NCBI GenBank assembly: GCA_907165135.1
Contig: OU015566.1
Coordinates: 3,720,001-3,784,000, forward strand
Direction of reading: 5' to 3'
DNA: 64,000 nucleotides
Origin: Oikopleura dioica
Taxonomy: Eukaryota > Animalia > Chordata
Shown here: piece after piece, positions 34,863-44,680 of the stretch
How positions within the stretch are numbered: the stretch's first letter is position 1
Layout: every line of letters begins with the position of its first letter
Notes under the pieces: generated by a model
The model's input: only the letters and a program-made list of their open reading frames with translations
Told to the model about the DNA's origin: nothing
Databases searched by the model: none
Translations under genes and position numbers: made by a program

Positions 34863-37205
34863 TCAGTAGGTCGGGGCAGCTTCGATGTTGATGGCAGGGA
34901 TGCTGATTTTGAGGTCGTTGAGGCATCGGACGAACATTTGTCTGATGAATTTGACGAGTTTGCCGCCGACTATCTTCATTGTGAAGCAGATGAGGATGTC
35001 CAGACGCTTTGGGTTGATGAAGCCGGCTTCTAAAGGCAGATTTGTTAATTTATGTTTTCATTGGTTCTAACTTACGGTAAGCTTCTTGGAATCTTTTCTT
35101 GATGCCACGGTAATCCATCCATTCGAAGATGTAGTGCATGACGCGGATTTCCTTGCTTCGGATGAGGCTGGATGCTTTGAAGGGCGGCTCGTCCTTGATT
35201 GTCCAACCACTGCGGCTGTGGTACTTTGCGAGTGATCGGCCCTCCTGCTGCGAGCTGATGAGCTTCTCGTGGCTGAGGCTGCTGTACCAGGCTTCTTTGA
35301 TCGCTTCTCGTTCAGCGTAGGAGAGACCATTTTCTTTCGGGGCGCCCAGGGCTTCTCTGACGCTATCCTTGCTCATGAGCTTGGCTTTTTTAAAAGGTCA
35401 CTTTTTGGTTTCTATTTTTAAAAGGTTTTTTTTTTTAGATTATTTTTATTTCTGCTTCAAAGTGACCCTTTCCTTGGCTTTTGGTCAGGAAGTAGTGATT
35501 CCCGGGTCGGCCCGTGTCTGCCACGTCGTAGATGCTGATGCGAGGCTTGAGGAGCGGCTTCTCTTCCTTCTGGGCTTCTTTTAGCTGCTTTTCGCGTTCT
35601 TCTTTCTCCTTCTGCTGGAAGTACTGCTGGCGGATCCTGGTGTTTTCTTCCACTTGACGCTGAGCCGCAGCTTTGGCCTCTTTCTTTCGTTGTTGTCGAG
35701 CCAGTTCTTCTTGCTCCTTCTGCTGCTGTTCTTGGCGCTTTCGAGCTTCTTCCTCCTTCTTTCGCTCTTCCAACTTCCGCTGGCGCTCAAGCTCCTGCTG
35801 CTTTTGTCTTTCTTCCTCTTCTTGACGTTCCATCTCCATCTGGCGCTCACGTTCCTGCTGCTTTCGCTGCTTTTCTCGCTCCTCTGTCTGTGAGGAGGCT
35901 TCCGCTTGTTGGAGAAGCTCTTCGGTGAGGCCACTTCGGCGGCTGAGCTGGTGTCTTCGTCTTCGCTCCATCATCTTGGCTCTGAAGCTTGTTGTAGTTG
36001 GCTGCTTTGGCGGATCTGCGGCTGCGGGTTCGCTGAAGCCTTCTAGCTGTGGCTCTTCCGCTGCTGAGAAGAATTCTTCCTCGAGGATTTCTTCTTTTTC
36101 TTCGTCATCGCCGCTGGCTCGTCTGAGTTTGCTTGGGTCGATCTTGACGGGCGGGTTGAACTGGCCTGGGTCTTTATAGAGGATTTTAAAGCCGTTTTAA
36201 TTCTAGAGAAACTTCACTTTTCGTTTTTATTTGGCTATAAGAATCCTTTCCTGACTGCGCGTTGAAAGAATCTTCATCGTCGCTGTCGTTTTCTGCGCTG
36301 TCCGTGGCTGCGACGACGTCGACGGCTGCGCTGGCTTCACTTTCAGGCTGCTGAGGCTCAGGTTCAGGCGCTTCCGGCGGTTCTTCCAGCTGCTGAGACT
36401 CTTTTTTCAAGGATTATAATGTTTGCTTTAAGACTATTTGAGGCTTAGCGATTCTGCTGACTTTTTAAATCCTTTCCTTGTTCTGTTTGGACTTCCTGAT
36501 GCTTGAGCTCTGCTGCTGGAGGGTCCAAAGTCTGAGTTGAAGCATCTTCTGGAAGCTCGAGGAAGAACTTCAGTGCGTAGGAAGCTGCTTTCGTTTCTTC
36601 CCAGCCTTTCTCTCGGATCATCTTCGCCTTGACTTCGCTCCTCATGTCCCTTCGCTCATCCTTTGAAGGGACTCTGTCTTTCTTGAATCTGAAGCCAGTC
36701 TTTGCCTTGAGATCGGCGATTCGTTCCCAGTAGACTGGCTCGGCCGCTTCGTCGAAGTTCTCGCCTTCTTCCAGGTATGCGAGGCAGACGATCCAAGGGA
36801 TGTCGATGTGCGCTTTGGTGACGTTCAGGCAGGAGTAGAAGAGGCTGGGGACTGAGAGATGCTTGTGTTCTTCTTCCAAGTCTCCGTACTCGTCCCGGAC
36901 GAGTTTTGAGAGGATTTTGGATGCTTTCTCCATCGCTTCCATATGCTTCTTGAGAGTGAGCTTCATGTCCTTGTCCATGAGGCCTTTTAAATGAGTTTAA
37001 AAGTGATCTTATGATCTTCATTTCAGATTATTAAGGGTTTCTTTTTAAACTCTTTTCCTTTGATCAAGGTTTCAGTAACCTCTAGAAACTTCTGGGCCAC
37101 TTTCGCTCGGTGCCTCTGGAAGATGGCATTGCCTTTCTCTTTCTTTTTCTCTTGCTTGAGGATGGGCTTGGGCATCTGCTGCTTGTTGCTGCTTTTGCTG
37201 CTCAT
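34863..37205 (-). CDS. Element ORF-B, 6 exons, 659 aa, unknown function, long E/R/K/Q coiled-coil
   Basis: Exons 37205-37058, 36983-36477, 36400-36251, 36171-35473, 35384-35076, 35029-34863; four GA-AG introns (74, 76, 79, 88 nt) and one GT-AG (46 nt), all phase 1; total 1980 nt with no internal stop. Confidence 0.8.
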
Positions 37206-37812
37206 AATTCCGTGTCTAGAAAGAAATTTCGATTAATTTTTTTTTTTGAAAATTTTGAATTTTTGTTGGCACGGAAAGAAAAAATTTGAGTACGAGCGGC
37301 AAATTTTAAGTTTTATCAAATAAAATTTTGTTTTGAGCAGCTAAAGCGGGAAAAATTCTCTCGGAAGCTTCTTTTTTTTTTTGATTCTCTTTTTTGGGGC
37401 GAGCGATTCTCTTTATTTTGTTTCAATTCTCAGAATTTCCAATGATCTGAGTTCGCGGCGCGCCCGCTCCTGATTGGCTGGCGCTCGCTCGCCGCGGGAA
37501 TTTTCCCACGCTCGTTTTTTCTGCTTTGGAATGGGTTTTTCCTTTCTTTTTATAAAGGATGCTTAATTGTATTTTGATTCACTGGCTATGAACCCTTTTC
37601 CTGGGATTTTTGCTGCTTATTTGGTTTCTGGTGTGAGGCTTTATGGATTTAAAATTTTTCTGGGCGATTTCTCTTTTAAGGGGACAATTTAACTGGCTGG
37701 AGTTCGGTTCGAGCCGATTAGATTCTCTAAGCTTCTGTCGCTTTTCTATTGTCTCCCTTCTCCTGAAGAGTGTGAAAATTAGAAGTGGGGTCAGGGTTTC
37801 TCTGGACAGGCG

Positions 37813-40800
37813 CTAATGTTGCTTGGCTTCCGTCTGACGTAGGACTCTAGCGATTCTTTCTTCAAGCTTCTGTAGCGCTGGCGTCCAGACATTCGGGAAG
37901 AAATTTTCTGCCTCAGCTGCTGGAGCTTCTTCCTTGGATAAAAAGTGGCTTGCCGCTTTTACTGCGTCCATCAGAATGTCGCGAATGTGGGTTGTGAATG
38001 GCCCGGCGATGCTGATGTCATGCTTTTCTGCCGCTATTTCTTCCCAAGATGCATTCGCGGATCTGAGAATTTGTTTAAGCTTCTTTTTTCTAGATTCTGT
38101 TAGAGCCGGATTCTACATATTTTCAGCTTATCATTTTGGGGCTCTTCTTTAGTAAAATAAATGTAAAAAATTACATATTTTTTACCCAAGGTTTCTAAAA
38201 AAATTTTAATTTATCTGAGGCTGAATTTGTAAGAAATTACTAATTTCTTACCGAGGGCGTATCGAGTCTTTATTTTTGAGGCCCCTTTTTTTTTGTTAAC
38301 AAGATGTAAAAAATTACTTATTTTTTACCGAGGGCTTTTCAATCTAATTACTTGAGTAAGTAAATTGTAAAGTTTTACTTTTTTCTTACCACAAGCTTCT
38401 GGAGCTTCTTTTTGAGGCTCTTTTTTTTTGACCTGTATAAAATATACTTATTTTTCCTGGAGGCTTTATTTTTTATTTACCTGAGGCTGATTTTGGTGGA
38501 AATTTCCATCGGCCAGGGGCGCGAGGCTTCGCCATTGCAGGTTTTGAACATTTCTCCTGCAACTTTGGGGTGTGCCCAGCAAGGCGTCTGAATCGAGTCA
38601 TATTCGCCATCGCAGCCGAGTGTGTAGATGTTCCATACGATGGTAAAGGCAGGGTTGAGCTCGGCGAATTTTTAGGCGTGACAATTCGCAGATTGTAAAT
38701 CGCGTGAAACGATAGCTGCTGTTTGAAGCTTTTTGCATCTTCGTTGCTTGGGAAAACGATGGTCAGGTAGCTTCGTTTTGACGCTTCTGTTGCGATCAGA
38801 GCCGCTACTTCATTCCAGTCGCCTTTTTTGACGTCTGAAATTTGGATTGCGAGGGTGGAGAGCGGCTCAAGTGCGGAATTGGCCCCTTTGCCAATCGGAA
38901 AAGCAGAGAAGCTGTTTCTGGCGTATTGGAGCGCGTCGTGGTAGATGATTAGGCCTTTAAGAAAGGGATCTTCGGCTCTGTTTCTTTTCTTGACGGCCGA
39001 GTCTAGCGAATTGAATCTTGTCACGAAGTCGAGGAGATTATCCCATCCGCTGCTGAGTAGGATTTCCGTCGCTTTCCAGGCTTCAATGATTGAATCGAAG
39101 CCCTCCACCTCCGTTTCTTGGATCTTTTTGATGAGGTTTTTGGTGGCCGCTGCGTTCGAGTCGTTTTTGAAGATCTGCGCAAGCTCCTGATGTAAGCTGT
39201 GCCATTCGGGGCTGTCGATTCTGATGCTTCTTTCTTTGAGCGCGTCGGCCAGGGCTGGCGGGAATCTTTCTTCGTGATTCTTGACGCAGTCGCGTCTCCT
39301 GCGCTCCAGGACTTCTAGCTTCATGCCCTTATTTTGGCACCATGCTGCACGGTCTTCTTCAAGTGGCGATTCGCAGCCTCGATCTTCTCGTGCTTCGGGC
39401 GATTCTTTCAGGCTGAGCCTTGCTTCTTCTGTGACTCTGAGTCTGTGGTAAAGCCAGCCCAGTGTGAACTTTTCGATGCTTGGATCCGGGCTGAATTTGC
39501 CTCCTTTTGCCCATTTCCAACCTGTGGTAAGAATTTTGAGATTGTGGATGACATCTCTGGCGTCTGGGAGCCTCTTTGTTTCATTCACCACTTTCACCAT
39601 CGTGTCTAGCAGTTTTAGCTGAGTTGAAGATGGCCGTTTGAGTCCTACGACGCACCTATCGTTTCTCCAGAAGTTCTTGTCGTTGTTGAAGCTTTCGATT
39701 CCTTCTTTGCAGCTACTTGTCGTCCAATCCGTGAGAGCTAGCTTCTTCAGCGCCGCTGCCTCAGTTGTGTTGAGCATCGGATGATCTGCTAGGGCTAGAA
39801 GCGCTTTTTCCTGTCTGCTGCTTGGGGCGGGATCTAGGTTGAAAATCCATAGCTGTGGAGCTGCCCTGCACGGGATCCACAATACCCAGTGGTATTCGCC
39901 TCTTCCTATTTCTTTGATTCGGAGAGTAGTGCCGATGGGGCAGGTCTTTTTAGCCGCTGCACCGAGCCACTTTTCCAACGACTCTGATTCCGTGAGTTGC
40001 TTCCATTCTGAGTGCCACTGGGTGATCATTTCTCTGCAATCACCGTCTTGTCCAATGATGCTATCGTTGAGAAGCTGTTTGTGAGCCACGTGCAGGATGA
40101 GCTGCGAGAGAATTCGCGTAAGCGGTGTGGCTCTTGGAAGTTTTCCGTCTTTTTTCTGGAAACTTCCGATGACTTCCGGAATCCAGGCATCCGCATTCGC
40201 TGGTTCTCGTCTGGTCCAGCTGGTTTCTGGCTTCTTTTTGAGGGAGATCCAGGCGTTTTCTTGGTGGCATATTGTGTGCCAGTTTTTGGACGCTTTCAGC
40301 CATTGCAGCTTTTCGAGCATTTCTGCTGGGCTTGGATGCGCTTCGATTCTGAAAAGTGCTTCGAAGACTTCTTCAAGCCCTTTGGTTATAAGCTTCGTTA
40401 ACCATGAGCGGCTGCGGAAACCTTGAAGCTCGTAGTCTGCTCTGGCCTTGGTCATGTTTTCTTTGATCACGCGGATACAGATTGCGTGCCAGAAACCTTC
40501 GTCGAGGATGTCCGCGTGGTCCAGCATCTCCCACTCATTGAACCAATCTTCTGAGCGCAGCTTGTTTCGACGCTTGAATTCCTCCAGGACTGAGGTTGGA
40601 AAGAGGCGATTAGCTTCGTCTGGATCCGCCGGTGTTAGGAATCTGAGGTCGTTGCCCGAATCATCTTCAGTTGGGAGTCTTTTGGCTACGATTCTCAGGG
40701 CGTTTCCTCTTCTGCCCTCTGGTCTTGCGTTGGCGTCAAAATCTGCTATAGATTCGAAGCTTCTCAAGTCGAGGCTCGGGCTAAAGCTGCACCCCTCATT

Positions 40801-41388
40801 CGTTGAGAGTTTCGTCGGACTGATAGCTGGGCTAAATGGGTATGGCGCTAATTCTAGCTGCCAATCTTCTGCGGCTTTTCCTTCGGCTGCTGCTATTTTT
40901 GAAGAAATCGCTTGGAGCGTCTCCGTTGGGCAGCTTGATTCTGGTGTGAGCCAAAGTGATTCTTTGCCCGATGTTGAGCAGAATATGATCTTGGCCTATG
41001 ACGCTAGCTCTTCGAATTGACGCTTCGTCTTTTCGGGCGTTTTGGGATTGAAAGCCAGATTCTGGTCGGCCAAGAGGCTGTGGACGTCTGAGAGAACTGC
41101 GAGTCTGATGATTTTCGAATCAGGTCCTTCTGGGAGAAGGATTGTTCTTGAGATTCGTGACCAATCGATCATTGCGTCTAGGACTAGATCATTTCTAATG
41201 GGCTCATCAGTCATTCTCTTTTTGACTCTAAAAGGATTCAAAGCGGAGCCTTTCCTGAGGATAGCTGCTTCTAGTGTTTGAAGCTTCCTGGGCGTGTGCT
41301 TGATTGGCAGTTTTGGGTGTGCATCTGAGGCTGTGCCCACTTTCGGCGCGTAATTTTGGGCTGCTTTCCCGAATGCCTCGCCGAACAT
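37813..41388 (-). CDS. Element ORF-A, ~1060 aa if the single in-frame TAG is bypassed; unknown function
   Basis: One frame runs from ATG 41388 to 38481 with a lone TAG at 40998-40996; donor CAG|GTAAAT at 38480 joins in phase 1 to terminal exon 38096-37813. Confidence 0.7.
38163..38457. repeat. Array of five 23-bp palindromic units (GTAA(A/G)AAAT-N5-ATTT(T/C)TTAC) spaced 61-77 bp
   Basis: Units start at 38163, 38229, 38306, 38367, 38435; first three near-perfect, last two degenerate. Confidence 0.75.
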
Positions 41389-42049
41389 AGCTGAATAAAG
41401 CTTGATTGAGCAAGGATTCTTAATTTTGTATAGAAATATCCTCAAGGTACAGGAATGCGGTGGGTTGCAGTCTCAGAAATTCTAAAACGCGCAGCTGCCG
41501 ATTCGTTCTTGATCGGTCTTTTAACCAGGGTTTCTCTGCCCCGGGGCTAGCAGCTCCGAATCGTTCTAGTTCGGAATCTTCTTAGCTTCTCTAAGGTGTG
41601 AAAATGATGCTTATGCTGCTATCTTCTCCTTTCCGGGAGCTTCAGGCTTTTTTTTTTAGATCTCGTTCTAGGATCTGCCTGGAATGGGGGATTTTTGGTG
41701 CATCGCGCGCGCTCGCTCTGATTGGCTACGGCTTACCGCGCCTTTATATGAACTTGCGCCGCTTATGCAGGTGCCGCTTTTTCCTTTGAGTGAAGCGGGA
41801 GGCCGTTACTAGAGTGTTGGCCTCATCCCAGAATCTTTTAAGGTCCGTAGACTCGAAATTTAAGCATCTTTTCTTCCGCAATTCTTGTAGAATAAGCGTA
41901 TAAGTCCAGGGGACTTTTAGTTTTTATAGTCCCTTGGACTGAGTTTAGAGTCTTTGAGACTTTTAAGGGTGGGCAAGGTGCCCAAACAGTTTATAGTCTT
42001 GAAGGACTTGGGAATAACTGGTAAAACCTAATGATGGTCTACCTTAAGA

Positions 42050-42311
42050 GTCTTTGAGAGTTGATTAAATTCTCGGCTTTGCGAGTTTGGAGGCTCTCAA
42101 AGATTCTCTTAACTTTTTCCCTGTGAATATTATAGCCCTAGGCTATAATTTTCGGTTCTGGCTTGCGTGATTCTATGCAGCCGCTTAAGTGTCTCGCTCT
42201 CTTGCGCCTGTATCACCTCCCGTTTTGGAAATGGGTCACGGCACTGTCGGTTCTTTAGTTGCTAATCCGAGTCCACCGATGCTTGAAGCTGCTAATCCGA
42301 ATCCTATATTC
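42050..42311 (-). repeat. Split direct repeat A1 (262 bp, 5' terminus of element)
   Basis: Matches 27488-27749; contains hairpin ATTATAGCC-CTA-GGCTATAAT and 9-bp inverted repeat CTTTGAGAG/CTCTCAAAG. Confidence 0.95.
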
Positions 42312-42328
42312 TTTGCGATTTTGGGAAA

Positions 42329-43457
42329 ATGCAAGAGAAAAAATCAACAAAAAATGATTCTTTTCGAAGAAAAAGGGTTTCATTCATTCGACTGACTTTT
42401 GGAGAAAAGCACAAAATCGCGAATTTTATTAAGAAAAATGAAAATGCTTCTGTTGCAGAACTTTCAAAACATTTCTCGACGGCTTTGAAGCGAAAAGTTA
42501 CTGTGCGGTAATTCCAAAAATATCTTTTCATTAATCATTTTGGTCTTCAGGCAAATTGGTTCGATAAAACAGGACTTGCAAAAATGGCTGAACATAGCGT
42601 TTAAAAACTCGAAAGAAACGCACTACAAATTTCTTGAAAATGACGAAGAAGGCGAAGACGAAAGTCCACTAGCAATAAAGAGAAGGCCAAAAGTGCATTT
42701 GTCGGAAGAAGACAAGAAGGAAATATCAAAATTTCTTCTAAAAAAGAGGTGAGAAAAGAAGCGATTTTCGATTTATGATTTTTTTGTTGACGCATTAATT
42801 TTAGATCAGAATTGACATTGAACGAGATCGCAGAAGAATTTGCCGAAAAGCTTGGTAAAGATGTGAGTAGAACCCACATCGCTACTATCAGAAATCGCCT
42901 CCAAAGGAAGAACAAAACCGACAGTGAGCTCAAGGCTCGTCTGGGCAGTTCGAGAAAGACCACCACAAAAACCGAAGAAAAGAGCGCGGCTCCGCTTGAA
43001 ACTGAAATCAAGGAAGAAAATCAACGAAAAAGATCGCTTCGGTCGAGCAAAAATGAAATTTTTCAAGATGACTTCGTCTTTAAAATCCCTGAACCTATGG
43101 TGGTTCCGTCTCCAGGGTGAGTCATACTTTCATATTATTCTAAAATCCATTTATACAAGAAAAATCGTCCTCTTTTCAACCCGTCTTTTCAGGATCAACA
43201 AGGAGATTCATGAAGATTCGCCTTCGAAGAAAACAAAACTTCGAAAGCGAAAAAGAAAGAACTTGAAAATCAAGGGTCGTCGACTCATCAACCGAGTGAT
43301 GCACTACAACTGCCAAGAAATCAACGAAGACGGAGCAGTTTCAGAACGATGGTTGCCTGTTTTTGAAGTTGAGGATTTCAACGATGTTGTTGAGTTTGAA
43401 AAGTACGTGGGCAAAGTGAGAATCGGATCTGAAGAGGATCTCTTTACACCGGAATGA
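42329..43457 (+). CDS. Protein with two CENP-B/Psq-like HTH motifs and a C-terminal chromodomain-like region, 4 exons
   Basis: RKRVSFIRLTFGEKHKIANFIKKNENASVAELSKHF; RPKVHLSEEDKKEISKFL...LTLNEIAEEFAEKLGKDVSRTHIATI; IKGRRLINRVMHY...ERWLPVFEVEDFNDVVEFEK; three GT-AG introns join the frames. Confidence 0.65.
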
Positions 43458-43505
43458 AAAAATAACTGACTTGCTTCGGAAAATTCAATAAAGATAAATT
43501 ATGTT

Positions 43506-44010
43506 TCAAATCGCTTTATTGGTTATTTTCTGAATTATGACGAGAAAACCAATGACGAGTAAGCAAATCAGTTGAGTGACCAAGCACCACTTGTAGAAAT
43601 CAGTCTGAAATCCGAAGTTGTAGGTGTGCACGGGGTCGGAGATGTTGCGCTGCTCTGAATTTCAGTCGTTGAGTTTGTTGTATTTAAAAAGGTTGCTACC
43701 AAGTTGGATGGTATTCAGGCCACAGTTAGTTCCATGTGCTTCTTTACAGTGGTCTCTCGCGGCTTGTCGTTTGTGGTAGATGGTGAATTCCTGCAACAAG
43801 CCGAGAGGAAGTGTTATTACTGCCATAATCATCCCTCTGAAAGGATATTAACGAAAATAACCCAATGGCTCAATTGACGGTTCGAGGTCCTTTTTATTGA
43901 TGAAAATCGAATCTTACATGATGTTGAAGAAAATTCCAACATATCCATTGTCGGAGCCTGTGTCGACATGCACTTCTGGTTTCCATTTAGGGACTTTATG
44001 GGGTTGAAAA
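43506..44010 (-). CDS. Small multi-exon membrane protein, 5' end unresolved
   Basis: Three exons joined by GT-AG introns give YVGIFFNII|GMIMAVITLPLGLL...CKEAHGTNCG...WCLVTQLICLLVIGFLVII. Confidence 0.4.
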
Positions 44011-44145
44011 TAAATAACAGGACTCAATTTCTCGATCTCATTTATTCTCGATCAAATTATCTATTTCATTAATGTTGAATCATTATCAAACATCTTTATC
44101 CATCTCGTTATCCATCTCATTATCCTTCTCGATCGTGGTATGGGC

Positions 44146-44680
44146 TGATTCTTCGGCAAGACCGAAGAATTGATGCTTTAAATAACACTGATTCTTCGGC
44201 TAATTGAGAATTGCCTTGAACCGAAGGATTTATGATAAACTTGACAGTGATTCTTCGGCAAATTTTCTAGAATCCATTATCGAAATTCTTTTGATAGATC
44301 TTTGATTGTCAAATATGAGTCATAATAAAAAGGACATTTTCTAGAGAAAAAACTCATTTTAGCAATAAGTATTTTCTATAATTTGAGGCTAGTGTTAGGG
44401 GGCACTGAGCAAAGTGACAGAACAAACTCACCCGAGGGGGATAGGCTAGGGTTAGTTAGGGTTACTGAAGGTAACCCTAAGTAACCCTAGACTAGACCCC
44501 GGCATTTTAGGACCTAAGGGGCGGAGCCCCTTGGTAAGGGGCACAGGAATCTGTGAATAAATTCACCTTAGCCGAAGAATCAGTGCATCTTCTATCACTT
44601 ATTCTTCGATTCTTGCCGAAGAATCACTGTTCTTTCACGAATCAATCCTTCGGCCTCCAAGCCGAAGAATTAGGCCGTAT
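44146..44680. mobile_element. Degenerate foldback element with subterminal GATTCTTCGGC repeats
   Basis: Three GATTCTTCGGC on the left mirrored by three GCCGAAGAAT on the right; centre has TAGGGTTA/TAACCCTA inverted motifs. Confidence 0.5.

Larger units (their letters stand above)
27315..42311 (-). mobile_element. Giant (14,997 bp) PAT/Ngaro-type tyrosine-recombinase retrotransposon with split direct repeats, six genes and many introns
   Basis: A1(42311-42050)...B1(27794-27750)A2(27749-27488)..B2(27359-27315), copies identical on manual comparison; internal RT, RNase H, adenine-MTase-like and YR genes. Confidence 0.95.

Noticed and set aside
37690-37720. tRNA-like B-box GGTTCGAGCC
   Set aside because: No cloverleaf and no properly spaced A-box
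38163-38457. CRISPR array interpretation of the 23-bp palindromic repeats
   Set aside because: Eukaryotic intron-bearing context, no cas genes, degenerate repeats and low-complexity spacers that partly resemble each other
40448-41020. 190-aa plus-strand ORF and other plus-strand ORFs within 28-41 kb
   Set aside because: Antisense shadows of the minus-strand genes; no motifs
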